Part shown: one piece after another, positions 33,299 through 42,323 of the stretch
Position numbering within the stretch: position 1 is the stretch's first letter
Layout: each line of letters begins with the position of its first letter
NCBI GenBank assembly: GCA_001790525.1
Contig: MGCU01000025.1
Coordinates: 14,576-73,840, forward strand
Length of the DNA stretch: 59,265 bases
Reading direction: 5' to 3'
Source: Candidatus Saccharibacteria bacterium RIFCSPHIGHO2_12_FULL_47_16b
Lineage (GTDB): Bacteria > Patescibacteriota > Saccharimonadia > Saccharimonadales > UBA10212
Made by a program: the position numbers and the translations under genes
Notes under the pieces: generated by a model
The model's database searches: none
What the model was told of the DNA's origin: nothing
The model's input: only the letters and a program-made list of their open reading frames with translations

Positions 33299-33385
33299 TC
33301 AGCGCAGACTGGCTACCCTTTAGCGGATTAAAGCTTACTATAATCGGCCAAACCGGGCTATAATTTACCCAGATTGGAGTTTTGA

Positions 33386-33652
33386 ATGGCAGCAACAGTT
33401 GAAGATAAATTATCGCGGCGGCAGGAACTTGTTCTCTCATTGGTTGAGGAAATGATATTGTCAGCTGTCTCAGCAAGATGCGCTGGTTGCTCTACTGCTA
33501 ATTTCGCACCAAGAAGAATAGGGAGTGCCGTTGCCAGAGATAGGATTTCCCAAGAAACAGCTATTGGTATAGCCAGGCGGTTTAGTGCATGCTCGGGCCT
33601 TGCTAAAGTCGGTGGAGTCGAAATGTGCCACTACCCACCGAGCACTTGCTGA
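33386..33652 (+). CDS. Hypothetical Cys-rich small protein
   Basis: 88 aa with GGAG 8 nt upstream. Contains C-x2-C and three further Cys. Sits directly upstream of the sigma-factor gene. Confidence 0.4.
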   Translation: MAATVEDKLSRRQELVLSLVEEMILSAVSARCAGCSTANFAPRRIGSAVARDRISQETAIGIARRFSACSGLAKVGGVEMCHYPPSTC

Positions 33653-33708
33653 AGACTTATTCTAATGATATAAATTATTTAAGTATTTGTTAAATAAAGA
33701 GGCTGAAA

Positions 33709-34734
33709 GTGACTGAAGCACCTTTACCACGAGAGTCCGGACCGGTGATAGCTGAGCCGATTGGGGCTCAAGTGATTGATATTACCGACCGTTTACGATC
33801 AGATATGCCAGAACAAACGGAATTGGAAGACGTACAATTGAGGGAGCGTCTGGCCTTGGATGGGATAGGCGGATTCCGCGAAGTGCTTACTCTTGATGGA
33901 GCCTCTACCGGACAACTGTTAGCTGTAGTACCAAACTTGCGGGTCATGCTAATGACGTCTCCGCATAACCGAAAGCAGCCGCATTTTGTAAGAAAACAGA
34001 ATTCGGCAGCAGTCTTTTGTCGTGAATATTTGAAATTGAACAGTACCGCCCCAAATGCCGGCCCATCCCTCAAAGAAGGGTTTGATGCAGCCTTTGCCTG
34101 GCTGGACGGTTCGTTAGCACCCACCAGAGCTAGGATTGGCCGAAGATATTTGCCCAATGCTAGGATGGATCATCATGATTTTGACCAAATCCTACGGGAA
34201 TTTATGTTGCAAGAAGCCTTGCCAGAATACGATCCGACTCAAGCCCCGTTTGAGGGCTTCTTTGGAAGCGTAGCATGGAGGAGACTGCAAGATAATGTTG
34301 GTCAAAATATCTCAGCATTATCGACGCCATATGGCTTTCTTAGCAATAATGGTAATTCTGATGATATTAAAAAGGCTAAGGCACGGGCTAAAGAAGTTTA
34401 TTATTTGGATGGTGTCCAAGATTCCAACGGAGATCCTACGGGCCTCTCATTTGAGATTCCGGCTGGAGGTGAGGGAAGGGTAGAAAAGCGGGTTGTTTAT
34501 CAAGAAGGCTTTGGAATAATAAAATCCACATTAGATGACGGTCTTAGCCCTCTTGAAAAAGCAGCCTGGCTAGGCATTTTAAATGGCAAAACTTACGTGC
34601 AAATAGCGATCGAAACGGGCAAGGACGTAAAAGCAGTTGATAATGCTCAGATGCGTGCAATAAGAAAATTAACCAAGGCTTTAGAACAAAGCGGCCACTC
34701 GGCAGAAGACTATCGTTTAACTAAATTCAATTAA
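33709..34734 (+). CDS. Divergent sigma-70-family (ECF-like) sigma factor with long N-terminal extension
   Basis: Region-2-like DFDQILREFMLQEALPEYDPTQAPFEGFFGSVAWRRLQDN. Region-4 HTH LSPLEKAAWLGILNGKTYVQIAIETGKDVKAVDNAQMRAIRKLTKAL. There are about 150 aa before region 2 and an insert between regions 2 and 4. Confidence 0.6.
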   Translation: MTEAPLPRESGPVIAEPIGAQVIDITDRLRSDMPEQTELEDVQLRERLALDGIGGFREVLTLDGASTGQLLAVVPNLRVMLMTSPHNRKQPHFVRKQNSAAVFCREYLKLNSTAPNAGPSLKEGFDAAFAWLDGSLAPTRARIGRRYLPNARMDHHDFDQILREFMLQEALPEYDPTQAPFEGFFGSVAWRRLQDNVGQNISALSTPYGFLSNNGNSDDIKKAKARAKEVYYLDGVQDSNGDPTGLSFEIPAGGEGRVEKRVVYQEGFGIIKSTLDDGLSPLEKAAWLGILNGKTYVQIAIETGKDVKAVDNAQMRAIRKLTKALEQSGHSAEDYRLTKFN

Positions 34735-34756
34735 AAAACAAAAAGAGCACATTATG

Positions 34757-34802
34757 ACCACTCTCGAAAAATTCGGAGTCTAAGCTAGAAATTTCTATCC
34801 CC
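34757..34802 (+). repeat. 45-nt repeat copy A (relic of the 3' end of a DUF3467-like gene plus its downstream sequence)
   Basis: ACCACTCTCGAAAAATTCGGAGTCTAAGCTAGAAATTTCTATCCCC versus 35466-35510, with about 5 mismatches. Only a 9-codon remnant (MTTLEKFGV*) is left. Confidence 0.75.
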
Positions 34803-34816
34803 GTTCAAAAGAAATA

Positions 34817-35146
34817 TTATTTCTTGCGGTGCTTCATGGCGTAAATACCGGCAGCTACAACACCTAGCGCCACCGTTACTGTTATAACTTTATGTTCGCC
34901 TGTTTCTTGGCGTACGTAAGCTAGAAGATGGCCTTCTTTTAGGGCATCTCGGAATCGAACATTATTAATATCAACGCTTCCATGTTCGCCGAGCTCTATT
35001 TCGGCGTTAACCCCCGCCTTAGTCCATTTCCTGAGCCTCCTATCAGCACGTAGTGCCATCGGTTTTCTCATATCAGTTTCGAAACCTTCGCCGGTCAGGT
35101 GCTCGCCAGCTAGAGGTTCAATCGGATCTTGATCCATTGATTCCAC
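34817..35146 (-). CDS. Hypothetical tail-anchored membrane protein (paralog of 35539..35787)
   Basis: 109 aa with a C-terminal TM (VTVALGVVAAGIYAM-KHRKK). The motif VRFRDALKEG is shared with the paralog (IHLRDVLNES). Confidence 0.5.
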   Translation of the reverse strand: MESMDQDPIEPLAGEHLTGEGFETDMRKPMALRADRRLRKWTKAGVNAEIELGEHGSVDINNVRFRDALKEGHLLAYVRQETGEHKVITVTVALGVVAAGIYAMKHRKK

Positions 35147-35248
35147 AAGTGCCGATATTATATCAAAGACTGGTCCTTATGCGGACTTGGACTTCTCCCC
35201 GAACCCAAAAAACAGAGCAAGGTATAATGAAGGTGATAAGGAGGGGAT

Positions 35249-35491
35249 ATGGCGGATAACACTAAGAAGCAGGCGAACATAAACTTTAATCTGAACCCAA
35301 ACCGGACGCCGGTACTCTATGTAGACTCGTACTTGATTAGTAACAACGACCACGCGGTGACTTTCAGCTTTGCCCAAGCGCTGCCGGGCCCGAACCAACA
35401 GAACATCGTCGCCCGAGTGGCCATGACCAAAGCCCAAGCCAAAGACTTTCTAAAGACCATCAACGACCACCTCGAAAAATTCGAAGTCTAA
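35249..35491 (+). CDS. DUF3467-like small protein
   Basis: TATAAT and AAGGAGG lie upstream. ...PVLYVDSYLISNNDHAVTFSFAQ...VARVAMTKAQAKDFLKTINDHL fits my recollection of the DUF3467 pattern. Confidence 0.55.
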   Translation: MADNTKKQANINFNLNPNRTPVLYVDSYLISNNDHAVTFSFAQALPGPNQQNIVARVAMTKAQAKDFLKTINDHLEKFEV

Positions 35492-35510
35492 ACTAGAAAT
35501 TTCTCTCACC
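35466..35510 (+). repeat. 45-nt repeat copy B
   Basis: ACCACCTCGAAAAATTCGAAGTCTAAACTAGAAATTTCTCTCACC. Spans the last 8 codons and stop of the DUF3467-like gene plus 19 nt. Confidence 0.75.
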
Positions 35511-35538
35511 GAACCCCGGCGCTTTTGACGTAATGGGG

Positions 35539-35787
35539 TTAGCGTTCGTGGTAACGGTAGGCAGCGCTGGCGACACCAGCGGCGGTAAGCGTTGCGCCAC
35601 CGAGCAAGAAGTCACGCCCGAGATGTTTATCAGGATTGATCTTCTCGAGTATCAATGCCAGCAGTCTTCCAAAACAATTATTTGGTACTTTGGCGGACTC
35701 ATTCAAGACATCTCTCAAGTGGATGTCCTGTTGGACGACACCGTCTTCTGCCGCTCTAAATCTTTTTATGAATGTTGGTTTTAGCAT
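35539..35787 (-). CDS. Hypothetical tail-anchored membrane protein (paralog of 34817..35146)
   Basis: 82 aa with a C-terminal TM (LLGGATLTAAGVASAAY-RYHER). It has the same position relative to the 45-nt repeat as its paralog. Preferred over the overlapping plus-strand ORFs. Confidence 0.4.
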   Translation of the reverse strand: MLKPTFIKRFRAAEDGVVQQDIHLRDVLNESAKVPNNCFGRLLALILEKINPDKHLGRDFLLGGATLTAAGVASAAYRYHER

Positions 35788-36085
35788 TTACGAGTGCATT
35801 GTAGCACCAAGCGCAAGCCTTTTGAATATATCAAGAAAAATGGCTAGAGCTTCTGGAGTTGGCGCCGCGCCTAATTATGTTGCTAAAGCGAGCCCATATT
35901 TTTACGAACATAAGGAGCTAACCCGAGTAGATGTTGTTTAAAATAGGTGGGCTTGGCCGACTGAAACTGTCTAACGAAGCCAAGTTGCCATAAGGCAAGT
36001 TGGCGAGGAGTTTTTCAGGCGAGCCTATTTTCAATCAACAGATACATCGAGTTGGCGACGCGTCCGGAAAAAGATGGTGCGAGCG

Positions 36086-36433
36086 CTACTCTTGGAAGGG
36101 GTTGTTGCGGGCTTGGTTAAACAGGGCTTGGACTTGCGGACTGTTTTGCTCCAGACTTTGGATTTGCCCGATAGCTTTAGGATCAATTTTTGGCACGGCC
36201 GAAGAAGTTAGGGCTTCATCAACGGCTTCCACTGCCGGCTCGGCACCGGCATAGGAACTAATGCGCCAGACAACAAATAGATAAACAATTGACACAAACA
36301 AAACCGCAGCAAAAACTCCGTGTTTATTGAGAATCGGCCTTAAGCGAGCCGGCACTGCTTTAAGACTCTTAAAGCTGATGTTAATATCCTTTTTCACGAG
36401 GGCTTCCCTCCGTGAAAAAGGATAAATGAACAA
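36086..36433 (-). CDS. Hypothetical single-pass membrane protein, last gene of the pilus operon
   Basis: 115 aa with one TM (VFAAVLFVSIVYLFVVW). Follows pilO on the same strand. Confidence 0.45.
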   Translation of the reverse strand: MFIYPFSRREALVKKDINISFKSLKAVPARLRPILNKHGVFAAVLFVSIVYLFVVWRISSYAGAEPAVEAVDEALTSSAVPKIDPKAIGQIQSLEQNSPQVQALFNQARNNPFQE

Positions 36434-36500
36434 TGATCAATAAACAATAAACTCTTATCAGTTCTTTGCTCTTTGCTCTTTGCTCTTTGATTGTTCATGG
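36431..36500 (-). repeat. Heptanucleotide-periodic array (10 units)
   Basis: caatgat|caataaa|caataaa|ctcttat|cagttct|ttgctct|ttgctct|ttgctct|ttgattg|ttcatgg (plus-strand reading). Confidence 0.75.
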
Positions 36501-37124
36501 CTTGATAAAAATATTTACGGTTATTATAAAGCCGAACTGGCTGCTAGTAGGTGTGACGTTAACAGATGTAATTTGAGCTGTACGCCGGTTGGTCTCGACT
36601 CTCTTTAGAAAATCCAAAAACTTACCATAGGTCACACGTTTATCAGCCGGCGTTTCCGGGTCGGTTTGCGGTGTAATAGTTAAAGAAAGGCTATAAAGGC
36701 CCTTGATACCCTCTACCGGCGTAGCTTGACTGATGGCAGTTGCAGCTTCGACCGCTTTGGCATCGGTGTCCGTTTTTTTGGCGGTCGAGCCAAGACTGCT
36801 GGCCGGAAAGGTTACAGTCTGAAGATTGATGCCGGACTCGTTAGCCATCTGGTAAATGTCCAGCACGGCCTGGGCCTGATTTTTATCGCTCGGCACCACG
36901 GTTTTGGCAACGTCATTAAAATAAGCATACTGCTCAACTTGTTTCTTGGCAGAGGCTAGACTGGTTAGTTGGGCGTTAGCGGTATGACTTTCTAGTTTCA
37001 AATTGACCATTTTTTTACTTTGTTGGCCAATGATATTAAGGCCGCCAAAGACAATCGCCAAAAAGACTATCGAGACAAGAGCCAGTGTGGCAATCAAGAC
37101 AAGGCGCATCCGCGAGCTACTCAT
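36495..37124 (-). CDS. pilO: Type IV pilus assembly protein PilO-like
   Basis: 209 aa with an N-terminal TM, then coiled-coil and ferredoxin-like region. Called by position after pilM-pilN. AGGAGG SD. Confidence 0.6.
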   Translation of the reverse strand: MSSSRMRLVLIATLALVSIVFLAIVFGGLNIIGQQSKKMVNLKLESHTANAQLTSLASAKKQVEQYAYFNDVAKTVVPSDKNQAQAVLDIYQMANESGINLQTVTFPASSLGSTAKKTDTDAKAVEAATAISQATPVEGIKGLYSLSLTITPQTDPETPADKRVTYGKFLDFLKRVETNRRTAQITSVNVTPTSSQFGFIITVNIFIKP

Positions 37125-37147
37125 GGGGCGCCTCCTGTCGTCGGCTT

Positions 37148-37245
37148 AAACTCTAAGCTCGAAGCTCTAAATTCTAAACTTTGATAATTAGTATTTATAA
37201 TTTGGAATTTGTTTAGAAATTCGGATTTAGAAATTAGAATTTGAA
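37148..37245 (-). repeat. Heptanucleotide-periodic array (14 units)
   Basis: aaactct|aagctcg|aagctct|aaattct|aaacttt|gataatt|agtattt|ataattt|ggaattt|gtttaga|aattcgg|atttaga|aattaga|atttgaa. Confidence 0.8.
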
Positions 37246-37261
37246 GTGACGCAGTCATCTT

Positions 37262-37855
37262 CTAGTTTCCTCCTGTGGCGGCGTTAATGAACTGCTTTTT
37301 GGCATCCTTATTAAACAGCGCCTTGAAGGTACCAGTGCAGGCATAAGGACTATCAGTAGTGGTGGTGCAGTTGATGTTAATGATATCGACCTTCTCAAAA
37401 ATGTTATTCTTGGGATCACTTAAATTGACGGCGATTTGGGCTGCCGAGGCATAATCCTTGGCGCCGGCGCTTAAATCGATAGCCCCATCGACTTTGCTCA
37501 AAGTTAGGCTGTTTAGGATAGTGCCACTAGGCATAATTGAGCCAATCTGCTGAATAAGGTCAGAGAAGCGGACCTCTCGGCTAAGCAGCTGGTTGATGAG
37601 CTTGATGTTACCGTTAATCTCCTTAGCTTGAGCCTGCACCTTACTCAAGTTTTGGGTCTCGAGCTGCTTTTTGACCATAGCTATATCGGTCGTCAACTTG
37701 GAATTTTGGTGATTTAAATACAGCCAGCCGCTACCCTCGATGATTAATAACCCAGCCGTGGCTATGATGATTGACATTAACCAGCGAATTAACTTGGCAT
37801 TACCGCGGCCGAGCCGCATGGCTTGGCTATAAGATGGCGGGATGAGATTAATCAT
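37262..37855 (-). CDS. pilN: Type IV pilus assembly protein PilN
   Basis: MINLIPP... N-terminus (the INLLP motif), one TM, and a 4-nt overlap with pilM. Confidence 0.7.
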   Translation of the reverse strand: MINLIPPSYSQAMRLGRGNAKLIRWLMSIIIATAGLLIIEGSGWLYLNHQNSKLTTDIAMVKKQLETQNLSKVQAQAKEINGNIKLINQLLSREVRFSDLIQQIGSIMPSGTILNSLTLSKVDGAIDLSAGAKDYASAAQIAVNLSDPKNNIFEKVDIININCTTTTDSPYACTGTFKALFNKDAKKQFINAATGGN

Positions 37856-38967
37856 TCAAAAATCTCCTTATGGCTCAAGGCTGCTTCGCCGGCCACTGTG
37901 ACATACATCGATTTAGCCAGATCGCTCGGGGATTGAAGATCACCAAAATCAATATGTTTCCAAGGATCTAGCCGCCGGGCCGGCAACTTGAACTCGCCTG
38001 ACAGAAATTCGTTCAGGCCTTTAAGCGTCGCGCCACCGCCAATGGTTATTATCTGGCTAATCTGGCGGTGGCGGGCAGCCGAGCGCTCGTCATAGTAGCG
38101 GATAATCCGCCGCATCTCTTTAACCAAGGCTTCCAAAATCGGTCTGGCTGCCAAGCCAACGCTCGGCATGGCCGAATCAGGCGAGATACCGTGTTGACTT
38201 TTTAGGACGTAGGCTTCGGCCGGGCTGACACCCAGTTGTCTAGCCACCAAAACGGTTACAGTATCCGAACCACCCTGAATGGTCGAATTAACAAACATGG
38301 CCTGATCAAAAACGGCTACGTCAATCGCCACCGATCCAAAGTCTATTAAAATCGAAGCTTCCTCGCGGCCAACATCGGCTAAGCTGAACAGGCGGGCCGA
38401 GGCATTCAAAGTTGGTTCCATGGTAACTGGCTCTAGACCAACCGAATTGAGAAAATTGACATAGCTATCAACCATCTCCTTAGGTGAGGCTACCATCAGT
38501 AGATCAATGCCGTCTTTATCTTGGTGGGAGATATCATAATCAAGGTAGAGTTTATCAACCGGCATGGGGATGTACTGTTCGGCCTCCAGTCGGACAGCTC
38601 CTTCAATCTGTTTTTTATCCATTGGCGGCAGAGCCATCGGCCGACTATAGGTATGGGCGGTCGGAATGGTACAAGCCACCCGGCGGGTAGTAATATTGCC
38701 GACTAATCGTTCGGCGAACAGCTCGTGCATGGCTTTGCCGAGCGCCGCATAATCGACAATTACACCGTTATTGATAGCTTCATTGTGATAGTAATTGCTT
38801 ACCCCATAACCCAATACTTTAGGCAGTTGGCCGTGGTTCCTATCGAGTTGCATGACCTTCATGCTGGAATGACCAATGTCCAAGCCAAACAACGGCTCAT
38901 CGTGGTAGAAGTTAAAGTTGTTGGTGCCCACTTTGTTTATGCTTATCCTTATTCTAGAGTATATCAA
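37852..38967 (-). CDS. pilM: Type IV pilus assembly ATPase-like protein PilM
   Basis: Actin-like fold motifs: LFGLDIGHSSMKVMQL, ...LIDFGSVAIDVAVF..., ...IITIGGGATLKGL. Confidence 0.85.
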   Translation of the reverse strand: MIYSRIRISINKVGTNNFNFYHDEPLFGLDIGHSSMKVMQLDRNHGQLPKVLGYGVSNYYHNEAINNGVIVDYAALGKAMHELFAERLVGNITTRRVACTIPTAHTYSRPMALPPMDKKQIEGAVRLEAEQYIPMPVDKLYLDYDISHQDKDGIDLLMVASPKEMVDSYVNFLNSVGLEPVTMEPTLNASARLFSLADVGREEASILIDFGSVAIDVAVFDQAMFVNSTIQGGSDTVTVLVARQLGVSPAEAYVLKSQHGISPDSAMPSVGLAARPILEALVKEMRRIIRYYDERSAARHRQISQIITIGGGATLKGLNEFLSGEFKLPARRLDPWKHIDFGDLQSPSDLAKSMYVTVAGEAALSHKEIFE

Positions 38968-38968
38968 C

Positions 38969-39031
38969 TCTAGTAATTAGTAACTAGGAACTAGGAAATA
39001 GCTAATTGCTAATTTCTGATTTCTAATTTCT
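38969..39031 (-). repeat. Heptanucleotide-periodic array (9 units)
   Basis: tctagta|attagta|actagga|actagga|aatagct|aattgct|aatttct|gatttct|aatttct. Confidence 0.8.
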
Positions 39032-39035
39032 TTGG

Positions 39036-40427
39036 TTAGTCGAAGACTCGGCGGTAGCCGTTGAGAACCCACGTTGTGCTGGTGCTGCCGCCAGTTGAGG
39101 TGCCGAAAGTGACTGTGGCATTATTCTTAAGCTCGATTGTTTGTCCTATCAAGGCGCCTAGGCTGCCGCTATTATCGACTTTGACTCTCCCCCAGCGTGA
39201 ATAAAAGAGTGTTTCCGGTCCGGAAAAGGAATTTTTTATATGTATAGTTTCTTTGTTACGAGAGTTATATAGATCAACCCCCGTTACATCAGTGCAATCG
39301 GGAGAGCAAGTAGCAGCGCTCCAATAGGCTATAACCTTAAAGCCAACACCCAGGCTGTTGGCGACCAATTTGCTGTCATTTTCAAAGTCATTATGATCAT
39401 CGTCAAGCATGATAACTGGAGGAGTTGTTACCCCCTCGGCCACAATCAATTGGCCCTGATTCTCCATTTCTAGCTTGGTGTTATCAAGCCAAACATCACC
39501 CTCGACGTAAATCTTACAGTTCTTTTCGACATCGACTTCATCCTCGCCACCGCTAACATAATGGATGCGCAGATTGGCTGGCCAGGTTTTTACTATATTG
39601 TTGGTTTCGCAACCGGCTTCGACGTTAGTCATTTCTGCTGTCACGGCAGCTATTTGGGCAGCTCTATCGTGAGGCGGGAACGGCTCAGGCGTAACGCCCG
39701 AGCTGGCTACCAGCCCGGGGTCACTCATACCGGATCCGTCAGTTTGGTTATTGGCCTCGACCGTTCCATAGATGTGGGCGTTGTCATCAATATCAATTGG
39801 TTGGCCGTTTTCGCCGCTGCCGCATAGGCGTGGGTAGGTGACATCAGACGGTACTGGACAATTCTGATGAGCGACATCCAAGTTAACTGGACTAGTGCTT
39901 AAGCCAATTTGGGAACTGTTTCTCATTTCAATTTCACCGTTAACAAAGACATCACCGCCAGTTATCTTGGCGTTGTTACGCATATATAGCCCGCCTTGAC
40001 CGCTAACCACACTGTAAGTGCCAGAACGAACCGGCCTCAAATTGACGCTTAACTTAACGGTTGAGCCAGGCGTGGAGATAGTAATTGGCGAGTACCCTTT
40101 GCCGGTGGCTGTAATGGTTTTATTATCCTCATCAATTGTAGTAACGGTTAAGCTATAGGTGGATTTGATGGCTCCGTCATTATGGAGCTCGACCTCGCCG
40201 CCGCTGCCAGCCCAGTCTTCATCTAGGTTAATTTGTTCCAGCGCATAATCTATGCCGGCATCGGCTGCCAGTTGGGCATGGGTTTGCAGCTGGTCATGCT
40301 TTACACTGCGGAAACTTGTCAGAGAAAGAGTCATGTAGGCGGCAATAATCAAGATCAAGGCCGGCACGGTAATGGTTAAGGCAATTAAAATCTGACCCTT
40401 ATGGTTAATTTTGAAAGTTGTTTTCAT
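39036..40427 (-). CDS. Large PilX-N-type pilus-associated protein
   Basis: N-terminus KGQILIALTITVPALILIIAAYMTL (PilX_N-like anchor without a G/FxxxE cleavage site). 463 aa with a Gly/Asn/Thr-rich beta-helix-like body. Confidence 0.55.
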   Translation of the reverse strand: MKTTFKINHKGQILIALTITVPALILIIAAYMTLSLTSFRSVKHDQLQTHAQLAADAGIDYALEQINLDEDWAGSGGEVELHNDGAIKSTYSLTVTTIDEDNKTITATGKGYSPITISTPGSTVKLSVNLRPVRSGTYSVVSGQGGLYMRNNAKITGGDVFVNGEIEMRNSSQIGLSTSPVNLDVAHQNCPVPSDVTYPRLCGSGENGQPIDIDDNAHIYGTVEANNQTDGSGMSDPGLVASSGVTPEPFPPHDRAAQIAAVTAEMTNVEAGCETNNIVKTWPANLRIHYVSGGEDEVDVEKNCKIYVEGDVWLDNTKLEMENQGQLIVAEGVTTPPVIMLDDDHNDFENDSKLVANSLGVGFKVIAYWSAATCSPDCTDVTGVDLYNSRNKETIHIKNSFSGPETLFYSRWGRVKVDNSGSLGALIGQTIELKNNATVTFGTSTGGSTSTTWVLNGYRRVFD

Positions 40428-41128
40428 TCGACAAGTGGCTCCGAGAATCTATTTCTTAGAGTAACCCTGATGCTATTGTCCAGGGTTAAGGGACTAGCAA
40501 AAGTAGTGCGCTTCATCGATAGATCGATTTTGATGGAGCGGGCCAGCAGCGGGTCGGAGGTTGAGATGCCGTCTTGGTCATAAAAACTAAAGACCATTGA
40601 ATCAACATATTCAGCCAGGATGCTGTCGGCCGGACACTCCGGCGTGGCTATCTCGCTCGGGCAGGAAGTGACAGCAGTATTGCCGGCAGCATTAGGATTA
40701 GCTAGAGTCCGCTTCAAAAGCAGACTACCCGACTTATAATAGACGACCTCATTAATGTAAGGAGTGCCGGTCAAAGGATCGATAATGTATTCGCGGTTAG
40801 CATCTTTGGCCGGTTCGGCGATGACAATCACAAAGTCATCATTGCTAGTGTTCCAGCCGCCCGGCGGCGCATTAGGATCATTGATGGAGTTACTTTGTCT
40901 AACCCCATCGCCGAGGCGCAAGGCCTCAACAGTGTTACGTAGTAAATTTTGGGAATTGACTGTCATATCAATAGCGGCATTGTTTCTGGTGATGGTAAAG
41001 AAGTAGTTAGTCATAGCTGCCAGAAAGGCGATAAATAAAATAGCCGTGACAGTTGTTGCTATGGTCAGTTCCGGTACTGTGTACCCAGCTTGTTTTTGAC
41101 TAGCTAGTTTTTTACGGTTTGCCGACAC
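40424..41128 (-). CDS. Minor (pseudo)pilin with prepilin-type N-terminal domain
   Basis: ...QKQAGYTVPELTIATTVTAILFIAFLAAM has the class III signal G/YTxxE. Confidence 0.7.
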   Translation of the reverse strand: MSANRKKLASQKQAGYTVPELTIATTVTAILFIAFLAAMTNYFFTITRNNAAIDMTVNSQNLLRNTVEALRLGDGVRQSNSINDPNAPPGGWNTSNDDFVIVIAEPAKDANREYIIDPLTGTPYINEVVYYKSGSLLLKRTLANPNAAGNTAVTSCPSEIATPECPADSILAEYVDSMVFSFYDQDGISTSDPLLARSIKIDLSMKRTTFASPLTLDNSIRVTLRNRFSEPLVE

Positions 41129-41600
41129 CTAGTTCTCCTATATAAGTTGTGTAAGCATAGGTTCTGGTTGTGCCTTGATCGTTATAACTTAGGCTAATTT
41201 CAATCTTTTTGAGTCCGCTGCTTGGACTAGAGATTTCCAAATTACCAGTGCGGGGGGCATTCAGATTAGCTGGCAGCTCTGCAGAAATATCAGTTGTGCC
41301 ATCTGCTAGGGTGTTAAAACCGACGTTGCGCAGGGCTTCGACCTTGGCCTCAACATAAGAATTGGCCAATACCAGAGCCCTCACCCTCGGATTTAAGTGC
41401 AAGTAATTACTAATTATGGTACTCATGCTGGTGAGTAAGAGGCCGCCAACGACAATCGCGACTAACAACTCAACAATTGTATAACCCCCAGACACACGGG
41501 GCGCGGTGTCCTGCTGCCCGGCAGAGCCGGTCACTCTGACACCGCTCTTGGCAAATTGCTGTGTCAGCCGCGTGCGAAGCTCACTCAATGTATTACCCAT
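41112..41600 (-). CDS. Minor (pseudo)pilin with an unusually long leader peptide
   Basis: ...PRVSGGYTIVELLVAIVVGGLLL. The cleavage-site Gly is about 38 residues from the only available ATG. Confidence 0.65.
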   Translation of the reverse strand: MGNTLSELRTRLTQQFAKSGVRVTGSAGQQDTAPRVSGGYTIVELLVAIVVGGLLLTSMSTIISNYLHLNPRVRALVLANSYVEAKVEALRNVGFNTLADGTTDISAELPANLNAPRTGNLEISSPSSGLKKIEISLSYNDQGTTRTYAYTTYIGELGVGKP

Positions 41601-41710
41601 ACACCTCGCTCGCTTCTCCTAGCTTCCTTGCACTTTGGACAAGCCCGTGCATCTGGCCTGTATAGTATTACGCTCATGCTTAAGCCTTATTATATCTGGC
41701 TGATAGTGAT

Positions 41711-41744
41711 CAAAAAAGCTCCCGGTTTTGGCCGGGAGCTTTTC
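41711..41744 (-). terminator. Rho-independent terminator after pilA
   Basis: Minus strand: AGCTCCCGG-ccaaaa-CCGGGAGCT followed by TTTTTT, about 20 nt after the pilA stop. Confidence 0.75.
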
Positions 41745-41763
41745 AGCATTCTTTAAGCTAAGT

Positions 41764-42222
41764 TTAAAGCGCTGAGTTTTTGACGAATGTACCGCCAGCT
41801 TCCAGCGTTGCTGTCAGCGTGTAACCGGTACAGTCACCACCGGCACCGTTGTCACAGTTAGCCGGAGTAGCTTCGTATGAGTACACATTGGCTGCTGGCG
41901 AGCTGGCCATGTAGTCGTCATCGGCGTAAGTGCCCTTTGGATCTTTCTGTAACTCAACATCAAGACCCTTCATATTGGCAGTTACCCAATCGCTATCGTT
42001 AAGATTGCCTGGTGTTGGATACTTAGCATTGTCTGCTTGATATTCCTCAAGCTTTTGATAGAGCCCGCCAAGATCGGTTTTACGCTCCGTGTCCCGAGCT
42101 TTCTGCTGGATACCGCTATAGGTGACAATCACTAGCGCTGCTAGTATGCCTATAACCACAATTACGATAAGCAGTTCGACGATTGTAAAACCGCTGGCTC
42201 GTTTTTTATTAAATGAGATCAT
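41764..42222 (-). CDS. pilA: Type IV major pilin
   Basis: MISFNKKRASGFTIVELLIVIVVIGILAALVIVTY is the canonical G/FTxxE prepilin N-terminus. It has its own promoter and terminator. Confidence 0.9.
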   Translation of the reverse strand: MISFNKKRASGFTIVELLIVIVVIGILAALVIVTYSGIQQKARDTERKTDLGGLYQKLEEYQADNAKYPTPGNLNDSDWVTANMKGLDVELQKDPKGTYADDDYMASSPAANVYSYEATPANCDNGAGGDCTGYTLTATLEAGGTFVKNSAL

Positions 42223-42323
42223 TATCCCACCCTTCTTTTATCCGCAATCTGCCTGAGGCAGACGGCGGATTGTCTTATTTGTTAATTAATGATGTGCTAG
42301 AACTTAGCTTGTTCCTAGGTTTG

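Noticed and set aside
35533-35941. Plus-strand ORFs 35533-35784 (83 aa) and 35636-35941 (101 aa).
   Set aside because: They overlap the minus-strand ORF. That ORF is supported by paralogy to 34817-35146 and by the duplicated junction. Neither plus-strand ORF has an SD or a recognisable motif.
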